This document shows positions 57,101 to 64,000 of a stretch of DNA of 64,000 nt, piece by piece. Below the pieces are notes generated by a model. It was not told where the DNA came from. It saw only the letters and a list, made by a program, of their open reading frames with translations, and searched no databases. The stretch is from a virus. The translations under genes were made by a program, and so were the position numbers. How positions within the stretch are numbered: position 1 is the first letter of the stretch; every line of letters begins with the position of its first letter. The stretch spans positions 16,198-80,197 of IMG/VR virus record IMGVR_UViG_3300045988_081432, one strand, 5' to 3'.

Positions 57101-57369
57101 AAAACGCAGTGATAATTGTCACGGATTTTTTCGTTAAGGCTCTCTGTAACATAAAACTCACAGGCGTGAATATATTTTAGCCCAGCAGCTTCAATAGCAT
57201 CTTTTTTATGTTTCCACTCGTAAAAGCATCCATGCTCACTAATTGCAAGCGCGGTCATACCACATTCTTTTGCTAGATTTGCATACTGCTTAAATGTAGC
57301 AATACTATCAATACCAGCATTAGGATTTGACAGCATGGTGTGGCAATGATATACAGTATAATTTGACAT
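54172..57369 (-). CDS. dnaE: DNA polymerase III alpha subunit (DnaE-type, with an N-terminal PHP domain)
   Basis: 1065 aa. The PHP start is YHCHTMLSN. The palm motif is GPARGSAASSLALYSLGVTEVNPLKYGFHFWRFM. Confidence 0.85.
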   Translation of the reverse strand: MSNYTVYHCHTMLSNPNAGIDSIATFKQYANLAKECGMTALAISEHGCFYEWKHKKDAIEAAGLKYIHACEFYVTESLNEKIRDNYHCVLIAKNKDGFFELNKMSSRAYNREDGHFYYVPRITFAELLGTSNNIIVCTACVASVLCKGNEELKERFIKFLAKNKGRCFLEIQHHNVEKQKIYNQYLYELSRQINVPLITGTDFHCANKLQEKARKVLQAGKRVVFNDDEAQWDLTWKSYDELVEAYHIQDALPESAYLEAIQNTNVMADMVQPFTLDTSFKFPKIYDDSEKILRDKLFNPQAVGSIVSEGFSEDDVRNRLNHEFKTFKAIDSVDYIILADYISRWEKDHGFYTGPARGSAASSLALYSLGVTEVNPLKYGFHFWRFMDESKYSLPDIDTDQYSKDRDATKRWMLKDHLDLPNIKTSEIITFNTIALRGAIRDIGRGLDMPLEIVDEIAKAVYEATEGENKVTTIDDSWRKKYPKLFEIVDLVQGTVTSLGSHPSGVLVADRDIESELGICTLAGDEYPVCVLNMKELDSLNWVKMDELALDNVGVINKCCDVAGIERISPKNLTFDDDKVFESIKNDTSLIFQLNSNYGEQTIKKILSPASWSRIHHDYPSITKFDIITFVSGLIRPCGKDVYDNAVSGIGYHSGVKEIDDLLASTMGYPILQEPIMEFVMKFCGYTFLEADKLRKIIGKKLGTKEQLPIIKQRFEENGKVRLGLSQEKSDEIMDIFLGCVLNATRYSFSLVHAVSYTSISYECAWLRYYYPLEYICCCLNIFVDDEDKTNEASEYAKSIKVKIKKPKFRYSKAEYFVDKESNSIYKGIGSVKFMNQSCADDLYSLRDNHYDSFVDLLRDIYGKTSVNSRQLDILIKLDFFDEFGNAKELLRLVKMYDMFGTAKTLKKEKLANSDVVRAIVERHSVSTTKAGKESKSYSQLDNMAILNECETLIMSLGIKPMTIKEKAEIQKEYMGYVDIATGKQEDRPKLYILDVKALKSKASGRVWARQITAQSIGSGKQSNYTITSKNYHEEFQVGDVILCKHLEKQKDYWHITNYEVLVNI

Positions 57370-57392
57370 ATCAAAACTCCTTTCTAATTATT

Positions 57393-57421
57393 ATTATATA
57401 CGAAAATAGTGCATCTGTCAA
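57393..57421 (-). promoter_or_regulatory. sigma-A consensus promoter embedded in a hairpin, upstream of dnaE
   Basis: On the minus strand, TTGACA (57421-57416), a 17-nt spacer and TATAAT (57398-57393). Confidence 0.65.
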
Positions 57422-57431
57422 GATGCACTAT
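57406..57431 (-). terminator. perfect 10-bp hairpin after the primase-helicase gene
   Basis: On the minus strand, ATAGTGCATC-ttgaca-GATGCACTAT, followed by TTTCG. The U-tract is weak. Confidence 0.5.
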
Positions 57432-57449
57432 CAATTTATTTGTTAAATT

Positions 57450-59489
57450 TTAGAACGGGAGATTTGGTTCTTGTGTTGATTCTGTTGGAATATCAGGTTC
57501 AGAGGCAAACGTGGGAGTAGGATTAAATTTAAGTTCAGGGATATTAGCAACAATTCTCTTGCTTAAATTATCATCATAATGAATCTTGTTACCAAGTTCA
57601 CGCTCCCAGCGATAACGCATATTAAGCTCTTGCTCATCAGAAAAAATACGCATAGAACAATTGTCATAATACAATTTTAGTTTGCTACCAGCCTTGCCCG
57701 ATTGACGGTCTTTGACAACTGATAGCTGAAAATCATAACCCTCTGAATCTTCGTTCAGAATCTTACAAGCGATACATCTGTCAGCAATGTTGGCAATTTC
57801 CATTGCTCCGGCAACGCTTTGCAGACCAACTTCCGTTTCTCCTTGGGCAAGTTTGCGAGAGTGAGCAACAAGGGCTACTTCAACAGGATATTTACGAGTA
57901 AACATTTTAACCTGTTTGATAAAATCTGTCTGTTTTTCCAGTTTAGTATCGCCAGCGCAACCTCTTAAATCAAGACACATCAAGTTGTCAATCACAAAAC
58001 ACGTTGTATTATAACGACGGTAAGCATAATCCATCTGCTGTAACAAACTCATACTCTCTGTGCTTAGAGAACTGTCGTCTGAACAGTCATCATATACAAA
58101 TAGATTTTCGTGATAATATTGACGGATTAAATCTGTAGCCTGTTTTGATACTGCATAGCCCTTTGGACGGTCTGGGCCGTTATCATATTCGATAATATGA
58201 CGGTCTCCCGCAAGAGGTCTAAAAATATTACCCAGCAAGAACTGAGCAGGGATTTCGCCAGAATAAATAAATACGTTTTGATTTTGCTCCAATGGAGCGG
58301 CTACACAAATCTGATTTAGTAGGCTACTTTTGCCATTTCCGGCAAGAGCTGTAATCAAAGTAAGTGTGTTTTCAAAATTGCCGTATAGAACCTTATTTAA
58401 AGCTTTAATTCCAAAAGAAATGTTTGGCACATTCTGTAGCTGCATCTCTTCGTAATCAAACAGATGTTTAACGCGAGGATTTTCTACCGCTTTAGCATCT
58501 GCAATCATTTTTAGAATTGCACTGCCATCAATAGCAATCATTACATTATTAGCATCTGTTTTACGGATAGGTTTCTCTTGATTAAATTGCTTGTAATATT
58601 CTTCAACGGCTTCCTGTGCATAATCAGGAGACTCTACAATATAACAACGATACTCGCCCAGCTTTTGAACAATCTTCTTTGTCCCTTCTTCACCAGCAGT
58701 ATCGTTATCAAGCCATAGGATAATCTTCTTAAATTTCTCAAGAAAGTCGAAGTTATACTTAATCCAATTTAGGTCTGTTGCGCCCCCCGGAATAGACACT
58801 ACATTGTGACTACCAGACTGCCATACAGCCATAGCATCAAGATTTCCCTCCGTAACAATTAGAGGTTGGGTAATATCAATATTGTTGATATTAAACAGAG
58901 AATAACAAGGAGAACAATCACCCTGCCACCAATACTTAGACTCTCCATGCTTTACAGCGTGAGCATGACGATATTTTACACCAACTAAACGACCATTAAT
59001 ATCCTTGAACTTAAATTGAACGTCACCTTTTTTGGTTTGTCCAATATCAAAAAACTTAATAGTTTCTTCTGTAAATCCACGTTTCTTTAGATAAGCAGTA
59101 GCATTAGAATTGTCTTCAACAGAATCATCAACAGGGAATTTATAATTCTCTAAGCTTTCACGTTCATCGTAACCAAAACCACGCTTGAAATCAAATTCAA
59201 TATGGCAACGGTCAAATAGGCGCTTTAGAGCTTGTGCGTAAGTTTCATCATAGGCATACATATATGCGTTGATGATACTATAATTACCGCCATTGCTAAA
59301 ATCGTGGTAGCAAAGGTCTTTTTTATTCCAAATAAAACTAGGGTTAGAATCGCTTGAAAATGGAGAAGAACCCGTTAGTTTCTCTTCGTCAAAATTACGA
59401 AGGTTCATTAGCTTTGCAATCTCGATAGCCTGTTCTTCATTGCCAAGCATCTGCTCGGCTTCCTTAATCTTGTCTAGTAAATCTGCCAT
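57450..59489 (-). CDS. bifunctional primase-helicase (TOPRIM domain plus DnaB/gp4-like P-loop helicase)
   Basis: TOPRIM motifs VTEGNLDAMAV and WLDNDTAGEEG. The helicase Walker A is ALAGNGKSSLL and Walker B is FVIDNLM. Confidence 0.75.
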   Translation of the reverse strand: MADLLDKIKEAEQMLGNEEQAIEIAKLMNLRNFDEEKLTGSSPFSSDSNPSFIWNKKDLCYHDFSNGGNYSIINAYMYAYDETYAQALKRLFDRCHIEFDFKRGFGYDERESLENYKFPVDDSVEDNSNATAYLKKRGFTEETIKFFDIGQTKKGDVQFKFKDINGRLVGVKYRHAHAVKHGESKYWWQGDCSPCYSLFNINNIDITQPLIVTEGNLDAMAVWQSGSHNVVSIPGGATDLNWIKYNFDFLEKFKKIILWLDNDTAGEEGTKKIVQKLGEYRCYIVESPDYAQEAVEEYYKQFNQEKPIRKTDANNVMIAIDGSAILKMIADAKAVENPRVKHLFDYEEMQLQNVPNISFGIKALNKVLYGNFENTLTLITALAGNGKSSLLNQICVAAPLEQNQNVFIYSGEIPAQFLLGNIFRPLAGDRHIIEYDNGPDRPKGYAVSKQATDLIRQYYHENLFVYDDCSDDSSLSTESMSLLQQMDYAYRRYNTTCFVIDNLMCLDLRGCAGDTKLEKQTDFIKQVKMFTRKYPVEVALVAHSRKLAQGETEVGLQSVAGAMEIANIADRCIACKILNEDSEGYDFQLSVVKDRQSGKAGSKLKLYYDNCSMRIFSDEQELNMRYRWERELGNKIHYDDNLSKRIVANIPELKFNPTPTFASEPDIPTESTQEPNLPF

Positions 59490-59503
59490 TGTAAGCCCTT
59501 TCT

Positions 59504-60418
59504 TTATTCGTGATTAACACAGAGTCCACAGCTATCTTTATAACCACAAAGATTTCTTCCGTAGAAGTCATTCTTATAGTCAAAAAGCTCTGAATATTTC
59601 TTGTGTCCATCACCAAACCGTAATCTCTTCGTGTCTGTATTATAGCACGGATTTTCAATTTTTACAATAGGGTCTTCTAATTCTACACAAAAATTATTTG
59701 TTTCTTCTACCTTGAAATTATCCCAGTTTACGGAGAGGATGGCATCAATGGTACGTTTTGCCCAGTCCATAGCCATACGATATTCTTTCCTGTCAAAAGG
59801 AATAACTACCAATTCACCCTTACGAAACATATTAAAATAAAGGGTTTTAGGCCATTCATCATACTTCTCGTGAACTGCATAAGCATATAGGTATAGCTGT
59901 TTTGCATAATCTGCGAGTTCTTCTTTTGACTTAAATTTAGACTTAGATTTATGGTCAATAATAATTAGTCTGCCACTCTTTTTACTTCTGGCAATAAGGT
60001 CAACCTTACCATTAAACAGAGCGTAATCAGTAATTGGAATTTCAAACTCATATTCTGATTCAAGAATATCCCAATTTGAATATCCTTCAAAATTGGTAAA
60101 ATAATTCTCTCCATCTGCGTAATAGTAAGGATATAAGTCTTTTGAAAATGTATCAGACATCTTTACAACAAAGCTAGACGGGACTTCTGTTTGAAAGTTA
60201 TCCTGATAATAAGATAACATTTCCCAAATTTCAAGTTGACCTTTCTCATACATTTCAAGAATTTTATGACAAAATGTTCCAAACTCACTTAGACCACTTT
60301 TATCATTTTTCTTTTCATGCAAAACGTAGTTTTTATAGTAACAAATTGGACACTCACCAAAATTCTTTAGCTTAGAAAATGAGAAAGTTGGTAGTTTCTT
60401 TTGCTTCTCTTCTTCCAT
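59504..60418 (-). CDS. Cas4/RecB-like PD-(D/E)XK exonuclease with an Fe-S-type cysteine set
   Basis: N-terminal CPICYY, core DLIAR...IIIDHKSK...QLYLYAYA, and C-terminal CGYKDSCGLC. Confidence 0.7.
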   Translation of the reverse strand: MEEEKQKKLPTFSFSKLKNFGECPICYYKNYVLHEKKNDKSGLSEFGTFCHKILEMYEKGQLEIWEMLSYYQDNFQTEVPSSFVVKMSDTFSKDLYPYYYADGENYFTNFEGYSNWDILESEYEFEIPITDYALFNGKVDLIARSKKSGRLIIIDHKSKSKFKSKEELADYAKQLYLYAYAVHEKYDEWPKTLYFNMFRKGELVVIPFDRKEYRMAMDWAKRTIDAILSVNWDNFKVEETNNFCVELEDPIVKIENPCYNTDTKRLRFGDGHKKYSELFDYKNDFYGRNLCGYKDSCGLCVNHE

Positions 60419-60441
60419 ACTTTCCCTCCTTTAATACAAAA

Positions 60442-60467
60442 TAGCCACCACCGAAAGGTGGTGGCTA
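60442..60467 (-). terminator. hairpin terminator or attenuator between ssb and the exonuclease gene
   Basis: 11-bp stem TAGCCACCACC / GGTGGTGGCTA with a 4-nt loop, followed on the minus strand by TTTTG. Confidence 0.6.
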
Positions 60468-60498
60468 AAACCATCAATTATTTTTGGTTAAATTTTAC

Positions 60499-60909
60499 TT
60501 AGAAAGGAAGGTCATCGGACGCAGTAGGAGCGCTCTCAACAGGTGCAGACTTAGGAGCGGGTGCAGGAATATCCTTATTAGTCTCACTATTACCAGAACC
60601 AGAAACAAACTCAATATGGTTTACGGTAAAAGTGATATTCTTGCGCTTAACATCCTTTGCCTTATCTTCATACATAGAAGTAGTAATGCGGCATTGGTCA
60701 ACCACAATCAGACTGCCCTTCTTGCAAAACTTGCAAATAGTCTCTGCGGTCTTGCCGTAAGCAACGAAGTCAAGATATGTAGTGGTCTTCTTGTCTCCTT
60801 TACCTTCATCCTGTGCTAGACAAAAACGAGTGTAAGAAGTACCATTAGTGCTAGTTACCAGTTCAGGGTCAGCAACAAAACGACCCATGTAATCAAAGTT
60901 ATTCAGCAT
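60499..60909 (-). CDS. ssb: single-stranded DNA-binding protein
   Basis: OB-fold N-terminus (GRFVADPEL...YLDFVAYGKTAE) and the canonical acidic C-terminal tip DDLPF. Confidence 0.9.
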   Translation of the reverse strand: MLNNFDYMGRFVADPELVTSTNGTSYTRFCLAQDEGKGDKKTTTYLDFVAYGKTAETICKFCKKGSLIVVDQCRITTSMYEDKAKDVKRKNITFTVNHIEFVSGSGNSETNKDIPAPAPKSAPVESAPTASDDLPF

Positions 60910-60938
60910 AGTTTAATCTCCTTTATAATGTTAAATAT

Positions 60939-60967
60939 ATTATATATCAAACTCGACTAAAAGTCAA
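60939..60967 (-). promoter_or_regulatory. sigma-A consensus promoter upstream of ssb
   Basis: On the minus strand, TTGACT (60967-60962), a 17-nt spacer and TATAAT (60944-60939). Confidence 0.7.
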
Positions 60968-60976
60968 GTATTATTA

Positions 60977-61960
60977 TTAGTTGTTCTTAGCTTCCAGCTC
61001 GGCCAGAATATTCTTAGCCACACCAATATCAGTAATAGAATTATAGTTGGCACTAGTATGGTACTTCTTGATAATACCTACAAGGTCGGTCTTAGATAAC
61101 TTATCAGCGCCAACTAGAGCCTGTGCAAGACTACCAATCTTATTAATAGTATCAGTTAGCTCGGAAGTTTCACTAACAGAACCAGAGCCGTCATAATCAG
61201 GAGCCTGAGCAAATGTCCTTGCAGAAGTAGCTTCCACATCAGAACTATTAGCCCACTTGATAATCTTCTTGCCAAAGTCCTCAGACAGAATAGTATAACC
61301 CTCATTTTCAAAGATATGAGTGTTATCCTTTTCACACTTAGCCATGTGAGAAGTTACATCAATGTTGAAAGTAGTAGTGAAGTAATACTCGAAACCGTCA
61401 CGCTGTTTTGCACCGACACCCAGCTTCTTAACAGCAGTACGACCACGCTCGTCCTTATCAACTTCATACTGGTCTTTGCCCTTCATAGTGGCAATAATAT
61501 GAATAGGACTATACTGCATAGTGTCAATAAACTTATCATGGCGAGGGGTAATTAGCTTCCAGTCTTGATAACGACCGCCAGCCTGTTGCTGTAGCTCAAG
61601 ACAGCCTCCCTTACCTTCCCATTCGGCAGAAGTGCTATCAATAATAAGAATAGCGTACTTTTCTTCAACCGCATAGTTAATTAGCTCAGTAAATTGTTCT
61701 GGTGCATAAGGAGGAACCAAATCAACAATGTCATAATCAAATTCATTAGCATAATAACGACCACGAGAACCCTCTGTATTTGCGAATAGGATACGTCCGT
61801 TAGTACCGACATCAGTACCAGTCTTCTTCATTTCTTCACGCATACCAGTTGCAAGACGTAGTGCGCTGTAACTCTTGCCAGAGCCACTAGGCCCCATCAG
61901 AGCAATCTTAACAGCAATCTTCTCACGAACAGCCTTTTGAACCTTAAAGTTGAATCCCAT
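60977..61960 (-). CDS. Sak4-like AAA_24 ATPase (RecA-fold recombination protein)
   Basis: Walker A is MGPSGSGKS and Walker B is ILIIDSTSAEW. Its size and its position next to ssb fit this call. Confidence 0.6.
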   Translation of the reverse strand: MGFNFKVQKAVREKIAVKIALMGPSGSGKSYSALRLATGMREEMKKTGTDVGTNGRILFANTEGSRGRYYANEFDYDIVDLVPPYAPEQFTELINYAVEEKYAILIIDSTSAEWEGKGGCLELQQQAGGRYQDWKLITPRHDKFIDTMQYSPIHIIATMKGKDQYEVDKDERGRTAVKKLGVGAKQRDGFEYYFTTTFNIDVTSHMAKCEKDNTHIFENEGYTILSEDFGKKIIKWANSSDVEATSARTFAQAPDYDGSGSVSETSELTDTINKIGSLAQALVGADKLSKTDLVGIIKKYHTSANYNSITDIGVAKNILAELEAKNN

Positions 61961-61981
61961 TATATAATTCTCCTTGTTAAA

Positions 61982-62200
61982 TTAGTTATTATTGCTCTTA
62001 ACAAAATTCTCACGACGCTTCTTACAATTAGCGCAATGACAAGGGAACGTGTCATAAGTCTTAAACCATTCCGCCATCTGTACTTCCTTTATAGGGAATA
62101 CGCCACCACAGTCAACACAGGTATAGTACAGCATCTTTTCGGACTTATGTTTTGCCTTACCTTTTACAGGTTCAATCATGTTAATATGCTTCTCTTCCAT
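61982..62200 (-). CDS. small Zn-ribbon protein
   Basis: 72 aa containing CVDCGG...CHCANC. Confidence 0.5.
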   Translation of the reverse strand: MEEKHINMIEPVKGKAKHKSEKMLYYTCVDCGGVFPIKEVQMAEWFKTYDTFPCHCANCKKRRENFVKSNNN

Positions 62201-62215
62201 TTTTATTCTCCTTTG

Positions 62216-62584
62216 TTAGTTATTATTAAAATGCTTTTCAACAAAATAGTCGTAAGCACACTTCATATCTTCAATCTTGCCACACATATCATCTGCGATG
62301 CGCTCTTCCTTGTCGGCAATATCCATCAGGTTCTTGGCGATTGCACGAAGATTCTTTGCCATAGTCATGTGCTGACCGATACGGTCATCAGTGGAAAGAA
62401 TATCAAACTTCTTCTTTGCAAGAGCCTTACCAAATTCTGCATCATACTCGTCATTATCACGAGGACGAACGTGACAAGTAATGCGCTTACCCGGAACTTC
62501 AAATTCTCCAATCTTGGTATGGACAATCAGACGTTCAGTAGAACCATCAGCAACCGTAGTCGTGTTAAAAATCTTCGTAATCAT
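62216..62584 (-). CDS. hypothetical protein
   Basis: 122-aa ORF with an AAGGAGAAG RBS. Confidence 0.5.
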   Translation of the reverse strand: MITKIFNTTTVADGSTERLIVHTKIGEFEVPGKRITCHVRPRDNDEYDAEFGKALAKKKFDILSTDDRIGQHMTMAKNLRAIAKNLMDIADKEERIADDMCGKIEDMKCAYDYFVEKHFNNN

Positions 62585-62657
62585 TTTGCTTCTCCTTAGT
62601 TTTTTTGTAAATAAAAGTCGTTTTTCATAAACCAGTCGGGATTGGTTTCTATATAAT

Positions 62658-62685
62658 ATTATACTCAGAAAAAATCGTTTGTCAA
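62658..62685 (-). promoter_or_regulatory. sigma-A consensus promoter
   Basis: On the minus strand, TTGACA (62685-62680), a 16-nt spacer and TATAAT (62663-62658). The -35 box overlaps the stop codon of the upstream gene. Confidence 0.65.
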
Positions 62686-62966
62686 GAGTTATTTGGAATT
62701 ATTTTTGATAAATTTTCTGGCTCTAAAAAGTTATATGCTGTATATCTACATAAACATAACTTCTGCTTCTCAGAAACATACCCATGAGCGTCATAATATG
62801 ACACAATGTTTCTACATAACTTCCGATAATCTGTTTCTGGTTTATTTTTAGAGTTAATCATATCATTAATTTGATATACAGTAAACTCCTTGTACAACCT
62901 ATCAATGACCTCTTGTCTAGGTAGACGCTTGGGTTTTTCAACGTCAAACAGCATCTTCAAACCCAT
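62682..62966 (-). CDS. hypothetical protein
   Basis: ATG 62966 lies 5 nt after AAGGTGAG; the track starts at 62972. Confidence 0.5.
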   Translation of the reverse strand: MGLKMLFDVEKPKRLPRQEVIDRLYKEFTVYQINDMINSKNKPETDYRKLCRNIVSYYDAHGYVSEKQKLCLCRYTAYNFLEPENLSKIIPNNS

Positions 62967-62977
62967 AAGCACTCACC

Positions 62978-63316
62978 TTACTCTTTCCGGGTCTTCTTCT
63001 CGTTCATGCAACGAACAAGGAAATCGTATACGTCTTCCCAGTCATTCAGCTCTGGACTAGAGCCATCTGCAAACTGAATATCGCCAAGCTTATAATCACG
63101 AAGATAATTACGCTCATAACAAATATATCCAAGCCAGTCGTCATCTAGGTCATTAAACTGCTCCTGAATGACATACATGAGTGCGCCCTCAAGACCACTA
63201 CTCATAATAGACGAATCATCATTGTAATCACGGAACACCTTATTAATGGCTGTTTCAAAATCATCATGTTTTGTGATTTCTTTCATAGCTTTTACAAAAG
63301 CTTTCTTACTAATCAT
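62978..63316 (-). CDS. hypothetical acidic protein
   Basis: ATG 63316 lies 8 nt after GGAGG; the track starts at TTG 63331. Confidence 0.5.
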   Translation of the reverse strand: MISKKAFVKAMKEITKHDDFETAINKVFRDYNDDSSIMSSGLEGALMYVIQEQFNDLDDDWLGYICYERNYLRDYKLGDIQFADGSSPELNDWEDVYDFLVRCMNEKKTRKE

Positions 63317-63318
63317 GT

Positions 63319-63399
63319 TCAGTACCTCCAATCATCATGTTCATCAGTGAAACAGTACAAAAGAACAATTCCGAAAAGTATAATTCCGAGAACTATCAT
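63319..63399 (-). CDS. 26-aa hydrophobic micro-protein candidate
   Basis: Translation is MIVLGIILFGIVLLYCFTDEHDDWRY, preceded by a TAAGGAG RBS. Confidence 0.35.
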   Translation of the reverse strand: MIVLGIILFGIVLLYCFTDEHDDWRY

Positions 63400-63408
63400 A
63401 AAAACTCC

Positions 63409-63468
63409 TTACTTAAAGATAGCCTTCATTACGACCAATGCAACAATACACATAAAAAACGTATGCAT
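63409..63468 (-). CDS. 19-aa hydrophobic micro-protein candidate
   Basis: Translation is MHTFFMCIVALVVMKAIFK, preceded by an AAAGGAGG RBS. It is the first ORF after the promoter at 63501-63529. Confidence 0.35.
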   Translation of the reverse strand: MHTFFMCIVALVVMKAIFK

Positions 63469-63500
63469 ACTCTGGCCTCCTTTTCTTCGTTTCTATAAGT

Positions 63501-63529
63501 ATTATATCACCATAATAAATATTTGTCAA
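63501..63529 (-). promoter_or_regulatory. perfect sigma-A consensus promoter
   Basis: On the minus strand, TTGACA (63529-63524), a 17-nt spacer and TATAAT (63506-63501). Confidence 0.75.
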
Positions 63530-63533
63530 CACC

Positions 63534-64000
63534 TTATCCTAACATTTTTTCCAATTCCAAGATTTCGTTTTCAACATTCTCAATTCTGACTTCATAATAG
63601 TTTCTTATCTTAGCGTTCGCGCTTTCACTAAGAATAATAAGATTATTCAGCTCAGATTTTCTATCATTAAGCTCTTTCAGTATAAAATTATTTATCTCTT
63701 CTTGCTCAAATAAATTCTTATACTTTGTATACAGAATATAAATCTCTTGGCTTGGTCTACAATGTGTTTTTCTCTTTTTACTATTTCCCTCTCCGCACCC
63801 GTACATACATAATGCTCTTTCTATATTCCCTTCATTCTTCTCCAAATAATATTTCAACATTTTTACTCCACATCTAATATTAGTTTTTTCATTATACAGC
63901 TCATCTTTATTCACGCCCAAAAATTCTATCACTTCCCCACTTGTACTTATCTGCATCAGTCCCCTATACTTTTCTCCAACGTCTCCCTGAAATCTACTCT
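63534..64000 (-). CDS. SLT-domain lytic transglycosylase plus coiled coil; the 5' end lies outside the window
   Basis: The frame stays open upstream of the track Met to the window edge (...GEKYRGLMQISTSGE). GLMQI and MYGCGEGN resemble the SLT GLMQ and AYNxG motifs. Confidence 0.55.
   Translation of the reverse strand, partial: SRFQGDVGEKYRGLMQISTSGEVIEFLGVNKDELYNEKTNIRCGVKMLKYYLEKNEGNIERALCMYGCGEGNSKKRKTHCRPSQEIYILYTKYKNLFEQEEINNFILKELNDRKSELNNLIILSESANAKIRNYYEVRIENVENEILELEKMLG

Noticed and set aside
61937-62599. The plus-strand 220-aa ORF across the Sak4/Zn-ribbon/62216 genes. Plus-strand ORFs 53720..54103, 55676..55987 and 60484..60819 are similar.
   Set aside because: They are antisense to motif-supported minus-strand genes (Sak4-like, kinase, DnaE, SSB). 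They are hydrophobic and low-complexity, as expected for reverse frames in AT-rich DNA.
1-64000. CRISPR arrays, rRNA genes, insertion-sequence transposases and terminal inverted repeats.
   Set aside because: No regularly spaced direct repeats, rRNA-like conserved blocks or DDE-transposase-like ORFs were seen anywhere in the window by eye. A computational scan (tRNAscan-SE, minced, ISEScan) would be needed to be definitive.

Overview
This window is an AT-rich dsDNA tailed-phage or prophage segment of Firmicutes/Clostridia type. It has two convergent transcription blocks that meet at a strong bidirectional terminator at about 47.33 kb. The plus strand (1-47.3 kb) starts with small accessory genes, including an agr-like quorum-sensing module at 3.2-4.5 kb. 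It continues with a metallophosphoesterase, terminase small and large subunits, portal, head genes and connector/tail-tube genes. An embedded island follows, with a RecU-like resolvase, a tyrosine recombinase and a free-standing nuclease. The block ends with a ~2100-aa tape measure, Dit/Tal, a tail fibre carrying a diversity-generating retroelement (VR, TR and RT at 44.0-45.7 kb) and a GH25 endolysin. The minus strand (47.4-64 kb) is the early/replication block. It encodes an SLT fragment, a Sak4-like ATPase, SSB, a Cas4-like exonuclease, primase-helicase, DnaE-type polymerase, a P-loop kinase, RtcB, an HD alarmone-hydrolase-like protein, dUTPase and many small ORFs, driven by several near-consensus sigma-A promoters. 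Three group I introns interrupt late genes: one in terL and two in the tape-measure gene, one of which carries a LAGLIDADG endonuclease. This explains the apparently fragmented ORFs in the track. I found no rRNA, tRNA or CRISPR array by eye. All coordinates, alignments and counts were derived by hand from the sequence. Family assignments rest on remembered motifs, not database searches.
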